From Syntrophorhabdaceae bacterium (GTDB lineage: Bacteria > Desulfobacterota > Syntrophorhabdia > Syntrophorhabdales > Syntrophorhabdaceae), in contig CAXXUO010000001.1 of assembly GCA_963666485.2 (NCBI GenBank), positions 1 to 64,000 on the forward strand: a DNA stretch of 64,000 bases. The letters run 5' to 3'. The first letter of the stretch is position 1; every line of letters begins with the position of its first letter. A model generated the notes under the pieces. It ran no database searches and was not told the origin of the DNA. It saw only the letters and a list, made by a program, of their open reading frames with translations. Below are positions 9,805 through 18,397 of this stretch, one piece after another. The position numbers were made by a program, and so were the translations under genes.

Positions 9805-11895
9805 TCAATCGTTTACTACTTTTCTCGGGCTTTCCGGTGAAAAGAAGGCGACGTTGCGATACCGGTCCTTGAGTTCCCCCAGCTTGCCCTTGTTCCAGCT
9901 CGAAACCTTTGTAAAATAACCGGTTATCCTCGTTATGCCGTCAACATCCGTGGAACCGCAGTATGAACAGGTGTCGGAGAGCCCCCTTGCCGTCCTGTGG
10001 CATTTGTTGCATGTCGTGAATTCCGGTGAAAAGGCGATCTGGTCGCTCGTTGTATGCTTAAAGGTCTTTATAACAAAATCCGCAATGGCCTCTTTCGACG
10101 GCTGGGCCTCGCCGAGCCAGACGTGTGATATCGAGCCTGCCTCGATAAGCGGGTGGAACAATCCCTCGGTCGTGACCCGCTCTATCGGGTTCATCGCGTG
10201 CTTGACATTGAGATGTGTCGAGTTCGTATAGTACACCTCGCCGGAGGCGATATCGCCCTTCATGACCCTTCCGGCGTGCGGTGAGAAATATCTCAGGTCG
10301 AGACGCGCGAAACGGTAGCTCGTGCTCTCCGCAGGGGTCTGCTCGAGCACTATCTTCATATTCTCCTGGCGGCGCATCTTGTCGGTGAGAAGCTTCATGT
10401 GCGCCATGACCTTGAGGCCGAACTTGAGGGCGCGCTTTGATTCGTGCATCTGCTCCCCGGTGTGTATCTCGACCATCTCGTTGAGGCCTACCATGCCGAT
10501 GAGGTGAGATGCGAGGTTGAATCTCAGGTAGGGCATCCCGTCGCGGTTCATCGTGAGCAGGGCAAGCGGGCCGTTCTCGCCGAGGGAAAGGAGTTTTTCC
10601 ATGAAAACCCTCTTTTCCTTGTGTGCTTTCACGGCAAGGACAAACCGCTCGGTGATGAGGTTCATCAGCTTCGTGTCGTCGTTCTTCGCAAGGTACGCGA
10701 GGCGCGGGAGGTTCAGCGACACGTTCTGCAGGGCACAGTAGCGCATCCTCCAGGGCTCCTTCGCATCGAGGAGGTCCGCCTCCTCCAGTTTGAAGCTCAG
10801 GCGGCAGCACTCGGATATCTTTGCCGTCTCGCCCCTGTCGAAGACGTAATAGGTGTTGCCTTTGTCGGAGGCGACATCGCAAATAAGGTACAGAAAATCC
10901 ATGTGGCCTTCGGTATGAAAGAACTTCTCGGTGATATGGACAATAGGCTTCGGGAAGAAGAACGGGCGGCCTGCGCCGTCGCCCTCTTTATAGACCTCGA
11001 ACAGTTTCCATGCAAAGCGCTGGGCTTCCTTCTCGTATTCGCCGTACGTCTTGCCGGTGAATTTCCCGTTCGGGCCAATCGCCGGTACGTTGACGAAATG
11101 TTTCGGTATCTCCCAGTAGATATTGATGTCCGTGAAAATAGCCTGCCCTCCCCGCGCGACGGCCTGCTGGGAGAACTCGAAAATAAGCATCTGTGCGAGC
11201 TGTTTCACGTCATTGTCGGACATTCCCTCGATATAGGGAGCGAAGAAAATGTTGATCGCATCCCAGCCGATGGCGCCGGCAAAATGGCTCTGCAGCGCCG
11301 CGGCAAACTTGACGAGATGGGCAAGCAGGACCTCTGCGTGCTTTGCCGGCTTCGCCATGGAAAGGGAATGAGGAAGGTCAAGGCCGAATTTTTTGATATA
11401 TTCAAGCGACTGGCCGCTGCAATACGGACGGTCCACAAATCCCAGGTCATGCAGGTGGATATCGCCGTTCATATGGGCATCGGCGACCTCCTGAGAGAAC
11501 ACGGACAGGAGGGCATATTCCTTCTTGATGGTCTCGGCAAGCGTCAGGTTCGTCGCTTCCGGCCCGTGCGGGACATTGGCGTTCTCCTTGTTGGGATGAA
11601 GGATGAGGCTGTCGACGTCATAGATCGGCATACCGAGCCTGGTGTGCATTTTACGCGGGCCTTCCAGGCCTTTTTCGATCAATCGCGCATTGACGAGCTC
11701 CCTGATAAGGGGGGCCGTGATCATCTCGATGCCGGAACGCCTGATCATCTGCTCGACTTCTTTACTGATCTCCTGTGCCGTGTCCCGGTCGATCAATGTT
11801 TCGCGGACAAGCGCGTCAACGATCCTCGATCGGTCCCAACCGGAAATATTCTCTTCAGACGTCCTGACAAAAAGATTCAGATCCGTTGTTTCCAT
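9805..11895 (-). CDS. nrdD: Class III (anaerobic) ribonucleoside-triphosphate reductase
   Basis: N-terminal ATP cone, HLHDL, TPAES, YYTNS, C4 Zn site, glycyl loop RITGYF. ATG at 11895 follows a GGGGG RBS. Confidence 0.96.
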   Translation of the reverse strand: METTDLNLFVRTSEENISGWDRSRIVDALVRETLIDRDTAQEISKEVEQMIRRSGIEMITAPLIRELVNARLIEKGLEGPRKMHTRLGMPIYDVDSLILHPNKENANVPHGPEATNLTLAETIKKEYALLSVFSQEVADAHMNGDIHLHDLGFVDRPYCSGQSLEYIKKFGLDLPHSLSMAKPAKHAEVLLAHLVKFAAALQSHFAGAIGWDAINIFFAPYIEGMSDNDVKQLAQMLIFEFSQQAVARGGQAIFTDINIYWEIPKHFVNVPAIGPNGKFTGKTYGEYEKEAQRFAWKLFEVYKEGDGAGRPFFFPKPIVHITEKFFHTEGHMDFLYLICDVASDKGNTYYVFDRGETAKISECCRLSFKLEEADLLDAKEPWRMRYCALQNVSLNLPRLAYLAKNDDTKLMNLITERFVLAVKAHKEKRVFMEKLLSLGENGPLALLTMNRDGMPYLRFNLASHLIGMVGLNEMVEIHTGEQMHESKRALKFGLKVMAHMKLLTDKMRRQENMKIVLEQTPAESTSYRFARLDLRYFSPHAGRVMKGDIASGEVYYTNSTHLNVKHAMNPIERVTTEGLFHPLIEAGSISHVWLGEAQPSKEAIADFVIKTFKHTTSDQIAFSPEFTTCNKCHRTARGLSDTCSYCGSTDVDGITRITGYFTKVSSWNKGKLGELKDRYRNVAFFSPESPRKVVND

Positions 11896-11986
11896 GCAAC
11901 CCCCTATTTGGATTAACAGCTTTATATTTCGTTGTAAAACAGAGTTACTTCCTGACCTGCCCCAGCTGCCCTGCAACCCCTTTTAA

Positions 11987-12033
11987 ACACTACATGTAGT
12001 ATGTCCACTAAATATCCATACTACATGTAGTAC
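11987..12033. promoter_or_regulatory. Tandem NrdR boxes
   Basis: ACACTACATGTAGTAT (11987-12002) and ATACTACATGTAGTAC (12018-12033), 31 bp apart, just downstream of a minus-strand TTGACA-18-TAAAAG promoter. Confidence 0.88.
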
Positions 12034-12195
12034 TTTTACCTGAGTGGCCGGATATTTGTCAAGAGATTTTTTGGATTTTTTTTACGGGGATCCTTCCCAA
12101 ATAATTGTTGAAAATGTGATACATAGACAAACATGTTCAAGAAATTTCTCATATGTGCGGAACCATACGATAAAATTCAGAGATTCGTCGCAGGG

Positions 12196-13167
12196 TCACT
12201 GTGCTTTCATTGCCTCGGCGGCCTGTTCGGGAGTGATTGCCGATACGGAGAACTCATCTTCCCGTTTGTATTTCGAGGACCGGAAATCTCGGGGCAGTAT
12301 CTCGATATGCCAGTGGTAGTATTCCCTGAACGGAAGGTCATCGCCATGCGATTCTGCGTACGCCAGGTTGGGTGAGGTATGGATCTCGATAGTATAGGCG
12401 TTCGTAAATTGCTCTATCCTTTTCATGACATCGAGGAGCATGTCCGCGAGGTCTTCCCTGACGGCCTGATTCGTCATATTCTCGTAATCCGAGTCATGAA
12501 ATCTCGGTATGATCCACGTTTCATACGAAAACCGTGACGCAAACGGGCAAAGGGCGATAAAGCCCCGGTTCATGCTGACAAGCCTCTTTGCCTGGCGAAT
12601 CTCCTGGCTTAAGATGTCGCACATCAGGCACCGGTCTTTCTGGATGAAATGATTCCGCGTCGCTATCACCTGGCGGGACACCCGCGCGGGCACGATAGGC
12701 GTGGCAAGAACGTGTGAATGCGGGTGCAGGAGGTACGAGCCTGCCAGTTCGCCGTGGTTCTTGAAAACCTGGACATGCTTGAAACGCCTGTCCCCTTTCA
12801 GGTCGACGATGCGTTCCCTGTACATCTCGAGGACGAGCTGAAGCTCATCCCGCGTGTACATCGACATGGTCCTTGAATGGGCCCTGTTCTCGACGATGAT
12901 CTCGTGGGCCCCGACATTGCCCATCTTGTCATAAAGCCCTTCCCCGCGCCGGTCTTCCGCCACCTCTATCATAAAAATAGGGTTCGCTGCGGGAAAACAC
13001 CGGACGATCCAGTCGCCTTTCTCATCGGTATATTGCCGTATCGTTGCAGGGGTGGAAGATTCATGACCCGGGCAGAACGGGCACAGGCCCGTGCCGCTCG
13101 ATTTCGATCCCCCGTAACCAACCACGACCCAATTCCCGGAGAGGGGGTCCTTTCGTAATTCCGCCAT
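12196..13167 (-). CDS. GalT-like nucleotidyltransferase (HIT superfamily)
   Basis: ELRKDPLSGNWV, CPFCPG, GAHEIIVE, FKNHG...HPHSH, YHWHIEILPR. Alternative start at 13179. Confidence 0.85.
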   Translation of the reverse strand: MAELRKDPLSGNWVVVGYGGSKSSGTGLCPFCPGHESSTPATIRQYTDEKGDWIVRCFPAANPIFMIEVAEDRRGEGLYDKMGNVGAHEIIVENRAHSRTMSMYTRDELQLVLEMYRERIVDLKGDRRFKHVQVFKNHGELAGSYLLHPHSHVLATPIVPARVSRQVIATRNHFIQKDRCLMCDILSQEIRQAKRLVSMNRGFIALCPFASRFSYETWIIPRFHDSDYENMTNQAVREDLADMLLDVMKRIEQFTNAYTIEIHTSPNLAYAESHGDDLPFREYYHWHIEILPRDFRSSKYKREDEFSVSAITPEQAAEAMKAQ

Positions 13168-13251
13168 TTCGCTAATCATAGACCAGAATCAGGGCCATGT
13201 CAATCCGAGTGTGCCCTTGCAAATAAAAGAAATTATCGATTAGAATTATGT

Positions 13252-14040
13252 ATGATAGATCCATTGCAGGCAGCCGTCGAAATGGCCCTGGAATCGGGGC
13301 GTATCCAAAAGGGGTCCCTCTCGAAAAACTTCGCCGTTCGCCATAAAAGCGAAGAGACCAACCTGGTGACGGATGTCGATATCGCCTGCCAGGAAAAGAT
13401 AATATCCATGATCCACGATTTTTTTCCCGACGATGATGTCATCGCCGAAGAAAAGGCCAATGTCTATGACGGGCACAGGAACAGGTGGATCATCGACCCG
13501 GTCGACGGGACGACCAATTACGCCCACGGGTACCCTTTTTTCTGCACCTCCATCGCGTATGAGTCGCACGGCAAGGTAACGGCGGGCGTCGTGTACAACC
13601 CTGTCATGGATGAGCTTTTCTTTGCGGCTGCGGGCAAGGGGGCGTACCTCAACGGCAACCGCATCGCCGTGTCGGGGATCGGCAGTCTCAAGAGGTCCCT
13701 TCTCAGCACGGGGTTCCCGTATGACATTGCTACCAATCCGAACAATAACGTCGATCATTTCTGCAATTTTCTCTTCGAAGCCCAGGCCGTGCGCAGGGAC
13801 GGCTCGGCGGCCCTGAACCTGAGTTATGTGGCCTGCGGCAGGTTCGACGGGTTCTGGGAACTGCACCTCAACCCCTGGGACCTCGCGGCAGGGGCCCTTA
13901 TCCTGGAAGAGGCGGGGGGCCGCATCACCAACTTGAGCGGCGGGGTTTTCGATATCTACCTCGGGGAGTGCCTTGCGTCGAACGGTCTTATCCATCCGGC
14001 CATGGAAAGCGTCATCAGGAAAGGGTGCAAAACATTATGA
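13252..14040 (+). CDS. suhB: Inositol monophosphatase family protein
   Basis: WIIDPVDGTTNY, GSAAL, PWDLAAG. Confidence 0.9.
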   Translation: MIDPLQAAVEMALESGRIQKGSLSKNFAVRHKSEETNLVTDVDIACQEKIISMIHDFFPDDDVIAEEKANVYDGHRNRWIIDPVDGTTNYAHGYPFFCTSIAYESHGKVTAGVVYNPVMDELFFAAAGKGAYLNGNRIAVSGIGSLKRSLLSTGFPYDIATNPNNNVDHFCNFLFEAQAVRRDGSAALNLSYVACGRFDGFWELHLNPWDLAAGALILEEAGGRITNLSGGVFDIYLGECLASNGLIHPAMESVIRKGCKTL

Positions 14041-14486
14041 AAGATTACGCGGTAGATGATGTTAAGAACATTCTTCGCCCGAGGCTCGGCGACGATGTCC
14101 CGCTCTTGCTGTTCAGGATATTGCGGATCATCGGCATGCGCAGCATTCTGGGTGAGACGTCGGGAGCGACCCTCTACATGATGGGAAAACGCGTCGGGAA
14201 CATGCTTCGCGCCACCACGATGGAGGAATTCGCCGAGACGATACAGGACCTCAAGATCGGCATTCCGAAAGTGGACGTCGTCGACGAGGACCACATCAAC
14301 GTCAAGCTCTTTGAATGCATTACGTGTGCAGGCTTTGCCTATACCGGGGAAATGTTCTGCGACATGGAAAGCGGGATCATAGCCGGGCTCCTCGAGAATG
14401 TCCATGGCAAAAAAGCGAAATCCACCCAGACGAAAAGCTGGTCGATAGGCTACAAATACTGTGAATTCGAGGTCTTTCTCTACTGA
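14037..14486 (+). CDS. Stand-alone V4R (4-vinyl reductase) domain protein
   Basis: ECITC...FCDMESGIIAG...WSIGYKYCEFEV. ATGA overlap with suhB. Confidence 0.85.
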   Translation: MKDYAVDDVKNILRPRLGDDVPLLLFRILRIIGMRSILGETSGATLYMMGKRVGNMLRATTMEEFAETIQDLKIGIPKVDVVDEDHINVKLFECITCAGFAYTGEMFCDMESGIIAGLLENVHGKKAKSTQTKSWSIGYKYCEFEVFLY

Positions 14487-15376
14487 TGGCCGGCCGCAAG
14501 AAAAAGGAAGAATGTAGTCCCCCGGGCCAGGTCCGGGACCTCGAGATAGCCCTCGAAGAAGAGAAAAGCCTGTCCCGCGCCCGCAGCATACTCCTGGAAT
14601 CCAACATCAAGGAATTGAACGATGTCTATATCGTCCTCAACGATAAGCTGAAGGCCCTCCGATTGCGGGACGAGCGCATCAAGGGTTTCGAGGCCCAGCT
14701 CGTCCGGGCGAACAAGCTCTCGGCGCTGGGGGAACTGGCAGGTTCCATCGCGCACGAGATAAAGAACCCCCTCATATCGATCCAGGGATTTGCAAAAAGG
14801 ATATCGAAGGCCGACGATATAGAGAAAGCGAAGCGATACTCTTATTTTATAGACCAGGAAGCCGGCCGGCTCACGAATGTCCTCTTGAAGCTTCTCGATT
14901 TTTCCCGCATGGACGAGCCGAAAATGGAAGAGACAGAGCTCGGCTCACTCGTCGACGATACCCTTCTTTTCATGGAGCATCACCTGACCCGCTTCAAGAA
15001 CGTGCGCGTGCATATCGTGCGGGCCAGCGACCCGGTCGTTACGGTGATAGACAGGATACATATCCAGCAGGCCCTCGTTAACCTCATAAACAATGCCGCG
15101 CAGGCAATGCCCGAGGGGGGAGCGATCAGGATAGAAACAGGCATAGAGAACAACTTCGGCTTTATCGATGTCTCAGACGAAGGAACCGGCATCGACGAGG
15201 AGACCCTCGAAAAGATATTCGAGCCCTTTTTCACCACAAAACCCAAAGGCGAAGGCACCGGCCTCGGCCTCTCCTTAAGCAAGCGCCTCCTCGAAGCCAA
15301 CGGCGGTACGATCGTCGTCAAAACAAAACCGGGGGAAGGCAGCACTTTTAGGTTATTAATTCCGCTGAAATCGTAA
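14486..15376 (+). CDS. Cytoplasmic histidine kinase with a coiled-coil N-terminus and no sensor domain
   Basis: AHEIKNPL, NLINNA, DEGTG, FFTTK, GTGLGL. TGATG coupling to the V4R gene. Confidence 0.92.
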   Translation: MAGRKKKEECSPPGQVRDLEIALEEEKSLSRARSILLESNIKELNDVYIVLNDKLKALRLRDERIKGFEAQLVRANKLSALGELAGSIAHEIKNPLISIQGFAKRISKADDIEKAKRYSYFIDQEAGRLTNVLLKLLDFSRMDEPKMEETELGSLVDDTLLFMEHHLTRFKNVRVHIVRASDPVVTVIDRIHIQQALVNLINNAAQAMPEGGAIRIETGIENNFGFIDVSDEGTGIDEETLEKIFEPFFTTKPKGEGTGLGLSLSKRLLEANGGTIVVKTKPGEGSTFRLLIPLKS

Positions 15377-15382
15377 ACGGCA

Positions 15383-15735
15383 AAAAGACATCCTCTCACC
15401 CGCTTCGCTCGAGCTCACAGAGAGCACAGAGAACTGCGAAGGAAAAAGACTTTGCCGGCTGGTCGCGGAGCCGACCACGACCAGCCGGCACTTTCGTCGG
15501 CTTCGCCGAGGAAAAGAAAAAAAACAATACAAGAAGATTGACAGTCCAAGTGGTCCATCCTGCCGAAAGGCAGGATCGAAGATGCCGCCCTGATAGCCGG
15601 GTACCCGCCTCCGAGCTTGCTATTGGCGGGTGGCAATGGTAAGGCTCCGGGCTCCCGCGGCCTCCGCCTTTCTCCGCGAACTCTGCGAGCTCGAGAGAGG
15701 AGCTTTAGCGACGAACGGGCGAGAGAATGTCTTTT
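15383..15735. mobile_element. MITE-like or structured intergenic element with imperfect terminal inverted repeats
   Basis: AAAAGACATCCTCTCACCCG...CTCGAGCTCACAGAG pairs with CTCTGCGAGCTCGAG...CGGGCGAGAGAATGTCTTTT. Four internal GC-rich hairpins and no credible ORF. Confidence 0.55.
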
Positions 15736-16507
15736 AGAATTCCCACTTCATCCCGTCACGTCCCGCAATGACGTTCACTCCTGTTTTCTTCGACAGCTGC
15801 CGGGCGAGCAGGCCGGGCTTGTTTTTGACGATGTGCATGCCGAAATGGGTCAGGATGGCATTGCGGGGGCGTATGTCCCGCAGGAGCTCTTCGACGTCGT
15901 TGAGCGCGAGGTGGTCGACTATTTCGTGGTTCTCGATGGGCTTCAAGCGAAGGACGTTGATGATGAGGTTCTCGGCGCGGTAATGATCGGCCAGTTCGGG
16001 AAAGTACCGTGTGTCGGAGATGAGCCCGACCGTCGTGTCGAGGTCGAAATAGAGGCCGTACGTCTCGACCGGGTGCCGGTGCCTGACCGGGGCCCGGAAA
16101 CGAATGTCACCCAGGGAATATTCCCCGCCTTCCTTGAGGAAAACGATATTTTCCAGGTAATTCCTGGCGAAACTGAATATTACCGGGTCTTCGGAGATGG
16201 CGTCCTCCGGGCAGAACAGCGTCCCCCGTTTCCTGAAACCCCCCTCGGTCATGGTCTCTATGAGAATGTTGACATCGTTCGCATGGTCCATGTGCTTATG
16301 GGTGATGATTATCCCGTCGAGGGCCGCCGGTTCGTATTTCTCCCGGGACGCCCGGATGCGGACGATCGCTCCGGGACCGGGATCGATATAAACGTTTGTC
16401 TTCCGGTAGTTGAGCCATAGCCCGCCCGTGGCCCGCAATTGCTTGAGTGCCATAAAGCGTGCTCCGCCCGTCCCGAAAAATTTGAAGAACCCTTGCATAA
16501 CCGGCAC
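15734..16507 (-). CDS. MBL-fold metallo-hydrolase
   Basis: FFGTGG, IDPGPG, THKHMDH, ISDT, LTHFG. True start may be the ATG at 16498. Confidence 0.9.
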   Translation of the reverse strand: MPVMQGFFKFFGTGGARFMALKQLRATGGLWLNYRKTNVYIDPGPGAIVRIRASREKYEPAALDGIIITHKHMDHANDVNILIETMTEGGFRKRGTLFCPEDAISEDPVIFSFARNYLENIVFLKEGGEYSLGDIRFRAPVRHRHPVETYGLYFDLDTTVGLISDTRYFPELADHYRAENLIINVLRLKPIENHEIVDHLALNDVEELLRDIRPRNAILTHFGMHIVKNKPGLLARQLSKKTGVNVIAGRDGMKWEF

Positions 16508-16642
16508 GCTTATTGTAGAGCCTGTGCGACCGGCTTGTCAATTCACTCCTCGCATCCCGGTCTTTAGTTTTTGCTTTTCTCACCCTTGCATGGCACCATC
16601 GAATATGTCATGCTATAAGGAGTCGAAAAGAAGGAGGGTGTT

Positions 16643-17110
16643 ATGAGCACAAAGGACCTGGGAGACATTCTTAGCCTTGCAATAACCAAAGAACAGGAAG
16701 CGTTCGATTTCTACATGGACCTGACCAAAATAGCGGCGGACAAACAGGCAAAGGATGCCCTCGAATACATAGCCGGGGAAGAAAAGAAACACAAGGAATT
16801 CCTGATCGGTTACCGCGACAAGGGCGCGGGCGGAGCGGGCCTCAAGCCGGGGACGGCTGTCGATTACAAGATAGCCGAACACCTCGAGGCGCCCGAACCG
16901 AAACCGGGCATGGAACAGAAAGACGTGTACCTGATCGCCGCCCATCGCGAAAAGAACGCACATGAGTTCTATCTTTCGCTCGCAGAGGTCCATCCCGAGG
17001 GGGAAGCGAAGAATGTGCTCCTGAAGATGGCCGACGAGGAACTCAAGCACAAGGAAAAAATGGAGTATTTCTATACGAACGCCGCCTTCGTCCAGACCGA
17101 GGGGGGCTAG
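16643..17110 (+). CDS. Ferritin-like/rubrerythrin family protein
   Basis: Two E-x6-Y and EExxH di-iron motifs (EQEAFDFY/EEKKH, EKNAHEFY/EELKH). Confidence 0.9.
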   Translation: MSTKDLGDILSLAITKEQEAFDFYMDLTKIAADKQAKDALEYIAGEEKKHKEFLIGYRDKGAGGAGLKPGTAVDYKIAEHLEAPEPKPGMEQKDVYLIAAHREKNAHEFYLSLAEVHPEGEAKNVLLKMADEELKHKEKMEYFYTNAAFVQTEGG

Positions 17111-17133
17111 GGATATCATCCGGGGATGCACGT

Positions 17134-17640
17134 TTGCCGGTTATACAATTTGCCATTTTTGAATCGTGGTTCGGCACTATATCTGTTGTCAAAAGGGACG
17201 ACCGCATCATTTGCCTCGACCTTTCCGAGAACGATATATACCAGGAACACAGGGAAATACTGAGGCGGTATCCCACTGCCGTGGAGACGGACCAGCCCTT
17301 TAAGAGGGTACGTACCCTCTTGCACCGGTACCTGAAAGGTCAGCAGGTGGATTTCGACGTCGAGGTCGATATATCCGACCTTCCCGCGTTTACTCAGAAG
17401 GTCCTTGAAGAGCTTCGGCGAATACCCTACGGCGAAACCCGCAGTTACTCGGAGATAGCCGCGCTGGCCGGACGCCCGAAGGGGTCCCGCGCCGTCGGGC
17501 AGGCAGTGGGGCGCAACCCCATACCCATAATAATCCCGTGCCATCGGGTCGTCAGGCAAGATGGATCGCTCGGCGGGTTTTCACTGGGGGAAAAGATAAA
17601 GAAAAGGCTCCTGTTTCTTGAGGGTGTTCAGAAAACCTGA
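17134..17640 (+). CDS. ogt: Methylated-DNA--protein-cysteine methyltransferase
   Basis: IPYGETRSY, RAVGQA, active site PCHRV. Confidence 0.93.
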   Translation: MPVIQFAIFESWFGTISVVKRDDRIICLDLSENDIYQEHREILRRYPTAVETDQPFKRVRTLLHRYLKGQQVDFDVEVDISDLPAFTQKVLEELRRIPYGETRSYSEIAALAGRPKGSRAVGQAVGRNPIPIIIPCHRVVRQDGSLGGFSLGEKIKKRLLFLEGVQKT

Positions 17641-18099
17641 TTTTTCGAGACACAAATAGTGCGCAATTTTCTCTGAATAATGATCCGCGACGGAAGCGTA
17701 GTACTGCCGTTCTCCATATTCCACGCGGGACAAGAGGTTGTCGTCTGCATCAAAGAACTTGATCTCCGAAAAATGTATCAGCCTCGTACGGCAATCGATG
17801 GCCATCGTTCCGATAAAATAATTGAACGTGCCCGAAATGACCCCGCTCGTATCAAGGGACTCCCTGATCTCGTCAGCCAGTAAACTGTCTTTCCCCGGAA
17901 CGCACTTCAAAAATGCCCGTGAATTTGTCACCTTGCCGTGCTTGTTTTCATACGCAAGCGTCTGGTCGACATACCACGTATCTCCCCCGTCTGACTTCGC
18001 CACCTTAGACCACATCCCCTTCCCATCCGCATTGACCGCAGCCAGAATGCAGAAAATTGCAATCGCAAGGATAACCGTCAGATTTCTCAAACAGATCAT
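17581..18099 (-). CDS. Exported hypothetical protein (surface-adhesin-E-like)
   Basis: Signal peptide, WYVD and IDC motifs, C-terminal Cys. Confidence 0.6.
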   Translation of the reverse strand: MICLRNLTVILAIAIFCILAAVNADGKGMWSKVAKSDGGDTWYVDQTLAYENKHGKVTNSRAFLKCVPGKDSLLADEIRESLDTSGVISGTFNYFIGTMAIDCRTRLIHFSEIKFFDADDNLLSRVEYGERQYYASVADHYSEKIAHYLCLEKSGFLNTLKKQEPFLYLFPQ

Positions 18100-18231
18100 A
18101 AAGTATTATCGCACGTTTCATCGCCGACGTTAAGTTCCTTCATCCTCCATTCCCGCCGGGTACCCTCCGGGTGCAGGAATCTAAGGTTTTGTCGTCCAGG
18201 AATTGGAGGTATCGCCGCAATTACCTGACCC

Positions 18232-18342
18232 CGTCATTCCGCCGTCTTTTGCGGCGGAATCCAGCGTCTTTTGAGATATTTATCACTGGCTGATAATGTG
18301 GCGAATTCAAAACGGGTTTATAAAGGCAAGCCGGAATGACGG
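18232..18342. repeat. GTCAT-type REP plus a degenerate inverted partner
   Basis: CGTCATTCCGCCGTCTTTTGCGGCGGAATCCAG (18232-18264) and CCGGAATGACGG (18331-18342). Confidence 0.7.
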
Positions 18343-18360
18343 TGATCTGAAGGGGTTACT

Positions 18361-18394
18361 TTGAACTTTGAACTTTGAACCTTGAACCGTCTTT
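18361..18394 (-). repeat. Heptamer array (RGTTCAA)4 just after the uvrA stop
   Basis: (TTGAACY)4 followed by the same GTCTTT flank as the 6346-6379 copy. Confidence 0.9.
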
Positions 18395-18397
18395 CGC

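Noticed and set aside
10444..11916. Long antisense ORFs (this 490 aa one, also 20108-21145 and 8730-9542)
   Set aside because: Shadow frames of high-GC3 genes, with no motifs.
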